NCBI RefSeq assembly: GCF_009914755.1
Contig: NC_060928.1
DNA: 64,000 nt
Reading direction: 5' to 3' (one strand)
Source: the human T2T-CHM13v2.0 reference genome, Homo sapiens
A program made the position numbers and the translations under genes. Shown here one piece after another: positions 17,826 through 29,295 of the stretch. How positions within the stretch are numbered: position 1 is the stretch's first letter; every line of letters begins with the position of its first letter. The notes below the pieces were generated by a model. The model worked only from the letters and a program-made list of their open reading frames with translations, was not told the DNA's origin and did no database searches.

Positions 17826-18629
17826 ATGTGGGTTTTGTGAACATGCACAGACACAGGGCCCTTACTGTTCTGTCAGGTAACTGGCTTCCCTGTTCTTTTT
17901 CCACTCACTCCTCTCATTATACCACGGTTACCATCCTGTGGATACATGTTTCATTTATGTGCCTGTTGTCCCTGGCAGATTTCTGCAGTTCACCCTCAGT
18001 GCTCAGTAGCATCTGCTAGCTTCCCTTCAGCTCCTAGTTTAAATAATGTTCCATATGCATTCTTCAAGGTTTATTGATTCTGCTCTCTAGAGAGTGCCCT
18101 ATACTTCAAGTGAAGAATTTGAAAATATGGGGATCATTAAAATAAATTCCTGTGTTTTGGCCAAAGTTCAGTTATGGTGCTATAGTTGTTTGCAAATTTC
18201 AGCCTGGAAGCAATGTTATATAATACAAAAAAATTGAAGGTATGCATCTTAACAACACATTAATAAAGGGATTTTCTGGGTCTTAATTTTAATCTGTTTA
18301 TTTGCCACAGGAGAATAGCATTTGAAGTCAAGGTTTAAAATCTAAATGCGTATTAATGGAATTCATTATTTCAAAGCATAGAAGGTATAAATAAAGCTAA
18401 ATTACAGGTAAAACAAATACATAATATAAGGAGAGACCTGGAATATTACTGATATTCTGGTATAATTTTATTTACTTTTTTCATAAGTGGTACAGACTTT
18501 GTAAAATGTTTCCAATAAAGCCCAGAAAGTTCACATATTGTATTTCAGAACCTCAGGTAATTAATGTAAATATGTCTTCAAAATCTTTATTTCTTGCTCA
18601 GAACTTTACTCTGGGGGTTGCAATTTTTT

Positions 18630-18965
18630 TTAGTTGATATTGGAAATATCCAAATGGTTGTCCCATAAGTATTTCAAGCTCAGCAAGCCTAAAACTGAGT
18701 TGAGTGTCAGAATTCTCTGCAAATATTCTTGTTTTGTTTCTTGAAGTATCTTAATTACTGGGACCTTCATCAACTAAGGACACCAATTATAAATCACCTT
18801 CCTCCCTCTTCTAGATAACGCACCCTTCTGTCATCAATTTCGAGAAATTCTACAGCAAACTTTTAATGTATCTCTATTTCCTCTATTAGAGACTTTAGTT
18901 ATGTTCTCATTTATACCTGGGTAATTAACACTTCAGTTTACCCTGTTCCTCAGGGCAAACTCTTA
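18630..18965 (+). mobile_element. L2 fragment (continues at ~19700-19950)
   Basis: atttcaagctcagcaagcctaaaactgag; resumes after the L1MA insertion with gattactgcaatagc. Confidence 0.5.
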
Positions 18966-18974
18966 GAAATCTGT

Positions 18975-19684
18975 TGTTAGGGCTGAATGTTATTCCATTG
19001 TATATGTGTGCCACAGTTTATCTCTTGTCTGTTGATGCACACTTAGGTTGTTTTCATATCTTGGCTATTGTGAATAATGCTGCAATAATCATGGGAGTAC
19101 AGATATCTTTATCAGGTTGTTCTTTTTCTTTTATTTATTCATTTTTATTATATGCCTAGAAGAGGGATTTTTGAGTCATATGGCAGTCCTATTTTTAATT
19201 CCTGGAAACCTCTATACTGCTTTCCATAGTGACCATACCAATCTACATGCCTGCCAACAGCGGACTTCCTCTTTCTCCACATGCTCACCAACATTTATCT
19301 TTTGACTCGACTTATATATAAAATATTAAAGAAAGTAAAATATTTAGAGATAGGAAACAAAACAGTACCCAGGATGAAGGATGGGAGAGAGAAAATGGAG
19401 AAATGTAGGTCAGATGATACAAAGTAGCAGATATGTAGGATGAAAAAATGAAAAAATCTAATGTACAACATGAGGACTACAGGTAATAAAATTTTACCAT
19501 ATTTGGTATTCATGCTGAGTAGATTTTAGTGGTTCTTGCCATGAAAAAATAAATATGGGTGTGACATATGCTGCATATGTTCATTTGCTTCAGTATAGTA
19601 ACATTGTTTACTATCTATATTCATCCGGAAACATTATACTGTATACCTAAACACACATAATAAACTTTATTTTTAAACAAATTA
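18975..19684 (+). mobile_element. Old L1MA9/10-like insertion with 5' inversion
   Basis: 18975-~19305 is antisense L1 (ggctgaatgttattccattg...ctcaccaacatt); ~19306-19684 is the sense 3' UTR; candidate TSD ttagaaat. Confidence 0.7.
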
Positions 19685-20692
19685 TTAGAAATTACCTTTA
19701 TTTTCTATTGTTTTCTCAATCAACATCTAACCTTCCAGTTAATCCTACAGGCTCTGCTTCCAAGCTGTATCCCTAATTTGACCACATTTAATTATTCTTA
19801 TTTCTTGTAAAACTAATCCAAGCCAACATAATCTTTCATTAAGATTACTGCAATAGCTTGCAAATTGGTCCCCTTATCATTACTTTCATACACCAGTCTG
19901 AAATTTTGTTCTAAAGGATAAATCAGATAATAATTTCTATTACTTATAATATTTGTTATATCATATTTATTATTTAAACAATTCTCATCCTTCTTTGAAA
20001 CTTCATCCAGTATTCCTAAATATATTAATAGTACTGACAAGGTAGTAAGCTTGATAGAATATTTATTAATAGTATTTTAACATAGAAATGTAAACATTTA
20101 TTTGATATTTTATATCACAGCAGAGCAATTACATCATTATTACTCGAGGGTTTATTTTCTTCCCCAAACTAACACAACTAGTAAGTTGTGCATGCAGTAT
20201 CTGAAAATTCAAACTTATAAATACAGATCATGGAAAAAAGGCATCAATTATCTGGTGGCTTTGTTAGATAGCTCTGGATAAAGAGATTTTTTTAAAAATC
20301 TGAACTCATTTCAGTTGTCCATAATATACTAATTCCAGAATGTTTACATCACAAATGACCTGAAAACACTAGAGAAATAGTTAGAAATCAGGTTATGAAA
20401 TAGAACGTGCAACACAAATCCTCTACAAATATCCAAGGTTCAGATAGCCTGGATTTGTGTTTGGCTATGTGGCATTGATAACATCATTTTCTCTGTGCCT
20501 AAGTTTTTTTACTTATAAAATAATGGTGATATTAGATGATCTATTTGATATATTTCCATTAGTGCTGTATAAAATAAAATGAAATAAATTATTGTGTTGG
20601 TTTGGATAGTCAAAGAATCTGAGCTTAGTAAATTATGGTAATTGTTATTCCTATGCCAGCACAGAAAACACAAAGGATATGTAATGAGATGC

Positions 20693-21063
20693 TGTTATGT
20701 GTTGAACTGTGTTCCCCTAAAATCCATTTGAGAAAGAAAGGGTCTTTAATGCAGTATGACAGCATTCTTATTTACAGGAGAAATTTAGAGGCAGATACAT
20801 TGAAAGAATGCCACGTGAAGATGAAGGTGAGATTAATGTGATGGAGCAAAAACCCAGAAACACCAAAGATGGGTAAGAAATCATCAGAAGCCAGGAGAGA
20901 GGCATGGAACAGGTTCTTTCTCGTATCCCTCAGAAGGAACCACCACTGCTCACATCTTGCTCTTGGACTTTAAAGCTTCCTGAAATGTGAGAAAATACAT
21001 TCCTTTTGTTTAAGCTGCCCATTCTTTAGAACTTTGTTGTGGCAACCCCAGCAAACTAATACA
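20693..21063 (+). mobile_element. MLT1B/C solo LTR
   Basis: tgttatgtgttgaactgtgttcccc...cagaagccaggagagaggcatggaacag...ggcaaccccagcaaactaataca. Confidence 0.85.
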
Positions 21064-21074
21064 AATGGTAAATA

Positions 21075-21796
21075 TACTCATACACCACATAACAACATTT
21101 TGGTCAGTGATGGACTGCTTATATGACAGTGGTCTCATAAGATTATAATGCCATGTTTTTACTGTACCTTTCTTATGCTTAGAAATGTTTAAGTACACAA
21201 ATATTTATCTTTTTGTTACAACTGCCTATAGTATTCAGTACAGAAACATGTTGTAGAGGTTTGTAGCCCAGGAAAACATACCATATATTTGTAGCCATAC
21301 ACACCATGAAATACTATGCAGCCTTACAAAAGGATGAGTTCATGTCCTTTGTAGGGACATGGGTGAAGCTGGAAACCATCATTCTCAGCAAACTAACACA
21401 GGAACATAAAACCAACCACCACATGTTCTCACTCATAAGTGGGAGTTGAGCAATGAGAATACATGGACACAGGGCAGGGAACATCACACACCAGGGCCTG
21501 TCAGAGGGTTGGGGAGCTAGGGGAGGGAGAAATAATTAATGTAGATGATGAGTTGATGGGTGCAGCAAACCACCACGGCACGTGCATATACCTATGTAAC
21601 AAACCTGCACGTTCTGCACATGTATCCCAGAACTTAAAGTATAATTAAAAAAAAAAAAAACATACTGTATAGCCCAGGTACGTGGCTATACCATCTGGCT
21701 TTGTAGAAGTATACCCTAAGATGTTCATACAGTAACAAAATTGCCCAGTGAAATATTTCCCAGAATGTATCCTTGTCATTATGTGACACATGACTA
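21075..21796 (+). mobile_element. Tigger3a (MER7A-like) non-autonomous DNA transposon, split by an L1PA fragment
   Basis: Decayed TIRs (tcatacaccacataac ... gtgacacatgact), TA flanks, cagtggtctcataagattataat core. Confidence 0.8.
21288..21660 (+). mobile_element. 5'-truncated L1PA (PA7-10-like) 3' end
   Basis: ggatgagttcatgtcctttgtagggac...aacttaaagtataatt plus poly-A; TSD aaaacataccatata / aaaacatactgtata. Confidence 0.92.
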
Positions 21797-23699
21797 TAGT
21801 AGTTACCTCTAGGTAAGTAATCAAAAATTTTAATTTCCAAAATTGTCATTTTTATCAAGCTGTCTAAAATTATATACTATAATAAGTACTATATGATAAA
21901 AGTTATGGACCCATGCATACATATTCTCATTTCACAATTTAGAAAATGAATAGCAGTATGTTGATTCTCCTTCATACAGGATCATCATATGCATTATTAT
22001 TTTGACAACATTTATACATGAAAGTAAAGGCACAATACAAGGTCATATCTCTTTGATTTAAACTAAAGTTGCAATGATGTTTTTGAAACTGAGCCTGTAG
22101 TTATCAAATAAGATAAGAGATAAGAGACTCCACAAAAAGTGGTACTTCAAATCCCACAATAGTCATTGTCATGACTCAAAGCAGAGTCTAGTAAAGCAAA
22201 ACATGAAACTTGTATTTTTCCATATGCATGTCAAACATATTGACCTGAGTTTAGGCTCATTTGGACTTCTTAACTATTAGATAATGAGTAACTAAGAAAG
22301 GAGGAATGCAGATTTTTCAGCACAACACAAGTGGAATCAATGTGGATTTTGTGTTCCTACTAAAGTTAAAAAAATTGATAGACAAAAACTACTATATAAA
22401 TAGAAGAAACAGAAGACAATTAAATGGGGATATTAAAGAAAACTTACATCATGTTCTCATTCACAAGGATTAAATTTTTAATCCCCTAATCAAGTGGTAT
22501 AACACTGTCAATAAAGCTGACTGACATAGCATTGATCCAAATAAATCACATATAACTTAAGTTCCATAATGGGAAATACTATTTATACAATCACAAGTTG
22601 TGTTAAAAAAAAAAAAAAGATAAAGAGAGAGAGTTCTCTTTATGGACATTATATAGTATTATTGGCCTTATTTTCTAAGACTTTGGCAAATTAATGAGTA
22701 ACTTGATAGCATGCAATAGATTTTTCTTTAAATAAATCAGTTAATGTGAACAACTAAGTTTTTGTTTATAAAGTTGAATATTTAATAAATGGTTGTAAAT
22801 ATTCCTCTTTAGGATAAGAATAACTATTCATATTAATTCATCCAAAGTTCAGCAAATTATTATAGTTCCTATCTTGTGTTTCCACCATTTAATCATAAAA
22901 TACTATGCAGTTCTCTTCATTGAAGTTGTTGTAAAGCAGTCTTGAAGCACTTTGGAAGGGTCTCTTGTGGTTTTTACAAGCTCTATTTTGTTTATTTTCT
23001 TCTTTGGAGAACCTCCAGCGAACAGCTGACTGCACAGCCTTCGATACTGGCTTTGGTTATTCTGAAGTAAATCAATATTGTAAAAGTTATACTACTTGGC
23101 CCTCATTTCAGCATTATTTTAAAGCTAAAATAAAAAGGGGAACTGAAATTAGGTTTAGGATTAAGGTCTCCTCACCAAACACTTTACAAGAAAATAAAAA
23201 CTTTGCTCAGTTTCACTATCCAAGTACCTCATTGGTAAATGAAACAGGCAAAACTAAAATATGTGGTTCCACATCACCTCCTGGCCTTTGCACAGCTGCT
23301 AAGTAGAAAAATTCATGTTATGAACAATGCAACTGATTATAAAATTAAATAGGATGAGTTCATAAACATAAAATAAACAATCCAGAAATTGTAAGTAGTT
23401 AATATGAGAGGCAGAAAAGATGATGATAACAAGAGAAAGAAAAGAAGAAATTTTACAGACATGAAAATTTTTGAACAAAAGTCAATTAAAATAGTCATAT
23501 CCCCTTTTAGAAGTCACAATTTCCTGAATTTTTAAAAATTCCATAAACTGTACTGTCAAATGAAAACTGGTATAACTGGGAAAATGATACTTTACTATTA
23601 TCTGGAGCTGTAACATTTTCCTGATCATCTCCAAAAAGATTATCTGGTCCATGAGAGCTTGAAAGCACTAAAACTTCATCTTTTGTCTGTTGTGTTGTG

Positions 23700-24280
23700 C
23701 CATGGACTCAAAGAAGGTAAAACATCAATCATAATTACATCCTTGCGTTTTAAAGCAGGACTGTGCTGCCCATCCTTCACCGTTTTTCATAATGGCAGTA
23801 CTATGCCTGCAGAACTCGAGCTTGTATATTATTTTACTTTGCGGATTACTTTCAGCTCACAGTTCACTAAGAGGAACCAACTGCTTCTAAGAGAAATGAA
23901 AAAGCAAAGCACCAATCAACGGCTATTTCCATCTGCTGGAGTCTGATTGCTTATTTATTCAGTGGCCAAGGCTGACTGGTTTGCAACTCAGAAAGTCCTC
24001 ATGTCGGAGTCGTTCCTATGCTAGCCAATGCTCAGGGTTCAGATTACTTCTTTATTGCATCTAACATTGAGCAAATTGCTGCCAGTTATTTTATTTGTTT
24101 TTGTCTCCTCATTAGCCGCAAACCTCAAAGATTAGAAGTACAATGGCTTACTGCACATTATATGACTAGAACATCCCCTCTCCCAAAAGGGAAATATTTG
24201 CTCGCATTGTTAAAATGCATGCTTAGGGCTCCACAGTATCAAATATCTCACAGAAAATGCCATGGCTGAATTATGTGCAT
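23700..24280. promoter_or_regulatory. Candidate enhancer / conserved non-coding element
   Basis: Non-repetitive; nine CpGs between ~23740 and 24205; clustered PBX, homeodomain, CCAAT, E-box, RFX-like and SOX motifs. Function is inferred only. Confidence 0.35.
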
Positions 24281-24497
24281 GATATACTCCTAAGGAAAAT
24301 TGTAGGATAGGGATAATTATTAGTTACTGATTCTTCAAATGTTACTCTTATTTAATAAATATATCCAAAGAAAAATAAAGATTTTGAAAAAATTATATAA
24401 TGTGTTAACATATATTGTCAGCATCAGAAATGATCAGTGGATATTAATCAGCCAGAGTGCCAGTTTCATGCTAGATTTAAATAGACTCATCTAGCTA

Positions 24498-24688
24498 GAA
24501 TATTAATATTACTACAACAAGAGTAATACATTTTCCGTTATCTTTAATGACAGGGAAATGTAATATTATTGTTAATAAAAAACTGGATTAATGCTATCAT
24601 GTATATCATTTTTTAAAATTTCAAATAGAGCATTAAAAGTGATGTTAAAATCATGCTGAATGGAATTTAATAGATAGAGTCAAATAGC
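24498..24688 (+). repeat. Copy 1 of a dispersed ~190-bp duplication
   Basis: Colinear with 27731-27920 (aatattactacaacaa; atgctatcatg; atatcattttttaaaatt; caaatagagcatt; aaaagtgatgttaaaatca). Confidence 0.9.
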
Positions 24689-24861
24689 CTTAAGTTATTC
24701 ACATTATTATTATTCTACATAAATGCTAAAATTCTAGTTAATAAAGTACTAATGACAATAATACTGGATAAAAAAGAAGTAAAGTACATATTTTGGTGCT
24801 AAGCACTAAAATTTGACAACCATGGTAATATAAGCCACTATCGTAAGGAGTCCAGAGAAAG

Positions 24862-25200
24862 TTATTTATTCATTCATTCATCAAATATTTATTGAATATC
24901 AATAATGGGCCAGTCAGTTGGGTAAAAGCTATAAATACAACACAGGACAAGACATGGCCATAGCCCTCGAATAGTAAAATGGCTAATGGGCAATTTCAGC
25001 AGGTAAACATATTACTAAGTATACAGGACTCTCACAGTCCTTCAGTGTTATGGAAATATTTATGGAACAGGTAAAAGGGGAAATTGAAGAGCAGTTTAGG
25101 CAATCTGTCTAGCAAAAACAGAACCAAAACTAAAAAAAAAAAAAAGCATATTTAGAGTAAAAATAAAGTTTTAGAGTTAAGCAGATTTCAGATCATAAAA
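24862..25200 (-). mobile_element. L2 3' end fragment
   Basis: ttcattcattcatcaaatatttattga, the antisense L2 terminus. Confidence 0.7.
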
Positions 25201-25672
25201 AGCTGTTATCATAAATTGCAAAATTATATAATAATGTTCATCTTAAAATATGATGTAATTCAGAAAAAAATTAGCTGATTGACATTGAATTAATATTATA
25301 CCATGGAAATTCAGGAAATAATTTTTTGCAGGACTTGCCTCAAAAATACAAGCTCTAGAATTTTTATAGCAAAAAAAAAAAAACTTGTTTTATAAAACTT
25401 TTGCTAGTTCTATTCTTGATTGTGGAGATGGATAAGGAGGAAATAGCTCTATCCCCTGATCTCAGAAACAGTTGCTTGAATAGCTTCCTAAAGGGACTAC
25501 ACAGAAACAAGATACTTACCAAGAACACTCCGGCAACATTCAAAGTATTTATACTGAGTATATGTCTCAGAGGTTGTGTGGAAAATTTCCTATTAATGTG
25601 ACTGAAGGATGGAAATTATAATCTGGGCAAAAGGGATTTAAATATAATCTGGTCTACTTCATTTCATCATTT

Positions 25673-25693
25673 ATAGACAGATAGATGATAGAT

Positions 25694-25736
<43 letters not shown>

Positions 25737-25748
25737 GATAGATAGATA
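25673..25748 (+). repeat. (GATA)n tetranucleotide microsatellite
   Basis: Ten uninterrupted GATA units at 25694-25733 with GAT-interrupted flanks. Confidence 0.97.
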
Positions 25749-25754
25749 TAATGT

Positions 25755-25870
25755 TTTCACAAATATTCAGTACTTACTGTGTTAGGTAATTTTGTAGTAA
25801 CTGGGCATACTGTGGAGTGATGAACAAGATGGAAACTATACTGCTTTTGTGAAACTCACACTTCATTGGA
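25755..25870 (-). mobile_element. L2 3' end fragment
   Basis: cacaaatattcagtacttactgtgttagg...gtgaaactcacacttc. Confidence 0.5.
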
Positions 25871-26029
25871 ATATATGCTTTTTACTACGAACGTCAGTTC
25901 AAAGTCATCTGAGGTGGTAAAATAGGTTCAATTTGAGTCAACTCACCAAATGTAGGGGTTTGCATGTAAAGATTTACGGAAAAGTCTTGTAGCAAACACA
26001 ATAAAGAGAAGGTCTGTGAAATATAGCTT

Positions 26030-26220
26030 GAATGCTTATTTTTGTTTGTTTTTTGGTCACGCAGGTTGTTTAACCTTTAGCATGTATTGCACTTTGAAAT
26101 AACTTGTCAACATTGAAATATTAGAATATTTCATTTAAAAATGAGGATTCTTTAGTTTCCCTTAAACACTGGAAAAGTACAATGCTGGGCACATGTAATT
26201 TTATGAGACTTCTAGGCTAC
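26030..26220. mobile_element. MER102-like hAT DNA transposon fragment
   Basis: ttgtcaacattgaaatattagaatatttcatttaaaaatgaggattc...caatgctgggc. Confidence 0.45.
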
Positions 26221-26759
26221 TGGATGGTATCCTTACCTCTGGAGTTTGGGCAGGGAAAGGAAGACCCATTGTAAAGTGGAGTCCCACAGAGTAAAACCTA
26301 TTTGAAATGTCATAAATTAATTAAAGTCATCATATTTTATCTTTTATTCCATTTTATACCTTTATTATAGAACTTAATCAGTAGAATTAATATGTTATTT
26401 TGTGGCTTTAGGTGCTGCTAGCATATTCTATGCTGAATAACCATGAGGATAGACACAGCCCAGGTAAGAAAGAAAATACTAAATTAATAGTTTTTTAAGC
26501 AAACAATTATGATTGGAAATATGGACGAGGAGACAGGACCATTGCTTTAAACTATCAGAAATTTTCTTGCCTCTCAACAATTACCTGTTGCTCTAACACT
26601 GTTTCTAAACTATCACTGGTACCCAAGGAAATTATAAAACCCAATGTTCAGCAAAGTATTCAAAGTGGAAAAAACAATGCCTCCATAATAATAGCTCAGA
26701 CTCTGAAGGTTGTGTAAACAGAACATAATGTGTATTCTGTAGATTCAATGTTCTTTTTG

Positions 26760-28170
26760 TTATTTGTTATGTAGGAGAAGAGGATGGTACAATAGTAATA
26801 TTGAAGATTTTGAAATTTAATCTTCTTGTGGGAACACATTTGTTAGGAAGATTTTTTAGATAAGGTACACTGTGGTCACATGGTTTAGTTAATCTGAAGA
26901 TGTGTTTGGCTTCCCATCAAAACTGATAATTTTTCTAGGTATGTGATTTTTTATATTGGCAAATATTATTTCTTAGCACTTTGATGCTATTGTTGTATCT
27001 TTGTGCTATTAGGAAAAGCGCTGTCAGTCTAATATTTATTTCTTTGGAAGTGATCTGTCTTGTCTATTTGGCTGTTTTTAGACCTTGTCTTTGTCTTTGG
27101 TACACTATAGAAATGAATTTCTTAATCTTGCTTAGAATATACTGTTCTTCAAGGAATAAAGGATATATGTCTTTAATCAAGGTTGGAAAATTTTCACCAT
27201 ATTTCTCAATGTTCCCTCACCATTGTTTTACTTTTTTCAGGAACTCAGATTACATATGTGGTATACCTTCTTATTTACTGAATCTGCCTCTTATCTCAGT
27301 TAAAAATTTTTCTCTTTCTTTAGGCTACATCATAATTTCAGGTCAATTCATTGTCTCCACTTCTTTCTAATCTGCTTTTTAAACTAACCTCCAAGATTTG
27401 TTTTTTAATTTTAATTTTAATCTTAATTACTAGAGGTTGTAAGTAATTTATTTCTAAATCTAAAGTTATGGTAATATCTTGAGTTTCTGTCATCTTTTTT
27501 TGTTCATCTACAAAATTTTGTATGCTCTCTTTTCAATACTTTGAACATAGTTACTTTATAATTTGTATTTAATATTTCTAATTTTTAGTACATGAGATAT
27601 ACATTTATTATGTATTGCTTTTGCTAAATCGTAGTAACTAGACTTCTTATTGCATTCATTACTCTGTTTTATTGTAAACTCACATTTATTGGTACTTAAC
27701 CTACATGAATTATAAGGAGTATGGTATGAGGAATATGAATATTACTACAACAAAACTTTTCTGTTACCTTTAATAAGAAGAAAATGTAATATAGTTAATA
27801 AAATATTTGGATTGATGCTATCATGCATATCATTTTTTAAAATTCCAAATAGAGCATTTTAAAAGTGATGTTAAAATCACACAGAGTGGAATTAAATAGA
27901 TAGATAGTGAGTCAGATAACAACAATGTATGTTGAGGGATGTCTTCTTCCACGGGTCCATGTACCAGAATTCTATTCTCTGTGGAGTCATTCATCTCTAC
28001 ACTTTTATGTTCCTGGGATTGTTGTTAAGAAATAAGAAAAGTTATGGCTTCAGTTTTAACCACTCTGCTTTAACTTCCCTTTTGTATTTGCTTAACTTCT
28101 TTAAGTCTTGTGAGTTCAGATATGTTTTAAAAATAAGTATGACATAATTTGTCCAATATTAATAGATTTT
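26760..28170 (-). mobile_element. Very old L1ME fragment (antisense ORF1 region)
   Basis: T-rich; gaaaagcgctgtcagtctaat, ttggaaaattttcaccat and ctaatctgcttttt match antisense L1 ORF1 phrases. Confidence 0.6.
27731..27920 (+). repeat. Copy 2 of the dispersed ~190-bp duplication
   Basis: Direct-orientation diverged copy of 24498-24688. Confidence 0.9.
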
Positions 28171-28958
28171 TACTGATTTCATTCCAAAGTAACTGTACTA
28201 CTCCATTTTTAAGAGGAGTGTTCAATCATATTGATGTTTCTACCTCAGAATTTTTATTTAATATTTTCTATATACAGAAGTATATAAGATAGAAACTCTA
28301 ACTCAATAATAAATTTATGCCCAGCTAAAATTTATTTGATAGTTAGTAAACTGCAGATATTTGATTAAATATTAGGAATAAGGAAATTGACATAGGCTTT
28401 TTAATATTGACATTTACAGACTAGCTGCAATACTGTATAGACAGTTTTGCAGAATGCAAGTGTTTTCATATGTATATGCAACAGAAATAAGCTACCTTTC
28501 TAAATATATAGAAATTGATTCATTTAGAAATGAAAACATCCAGTTAGGTTAAGTAAAATGCTATGATATGAATATATATGAAATTGTTCCTCAAATGAAG
28601 AGTAAAATATAGGAAGATAGTAAGATAATGCTACATGATATCAACACATACAATGTTAGTTACTTACTGAAGGCTATGATAAGCTAGAGGTTCTCAACCT
28701 GGTTTCCTAATTAGATGAACAAGATGCAAGCATAGAAAAATTCTTGCTGTGGAGACACCTTCATAACTTACACAGATGTGAGGTTCACATTCAAAGTCTA
28801 CCTTATTAGCACAGAGTAACAAACTTTTTCAAGCACGTATATGTGCCCATGGGGTAAGCAGTATTAGAGGGATATATTTGAATCCTTAAATGGATTTGGC
28901 AAATGAAACTTTTTGAGGGTTTTGTTTCTAAGTAGACTTTTTTTTTAAGTTACTCCAC

Positions 28959-29295
28959 TGATATGGTTTGGATGTGTCCCCACCCAAATCTATCTTGAAT
29001 TGTAGTTCCCACAATCCCCACATGTCATGGGAGGGACCCAGTGGGAGGTAATTCAATCATGGAAGCAGTTACGGTTACTTTCATACTATTCTCCTGATAG
29101 TGAGTGAGTTCTCCTCCTTTGCTGGTCTCTCATTCTCTCTCATTCTGCCCTGTGAAGAGGTGCCTTTCACCATGATTGTAAGTTTACTGGGGCCTCCCTG
29201 GACATGCGGAATTTTGAGTCACTTAAACCTCTTTTCTTTATAAATTACCTGGTCTCAGTTAATTCTTCATAGCAGTGTGAGAATGGACTGATACA
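28959..29295 (+). mobile_element. THE1C/D solo LTR
   Basis: tgatatggtttggatgtgtccccacccaaatc...gaatggactgataca; TSD tccac/cccac. Confidence 0.92.

Noticed and set aside
22965-24269. ORFs of 113, 95 and 83 aa in unique DNA
   Set aside because: No recognisable domain, two start at TTG, no coherent splice structure; lengths compatible with chance.
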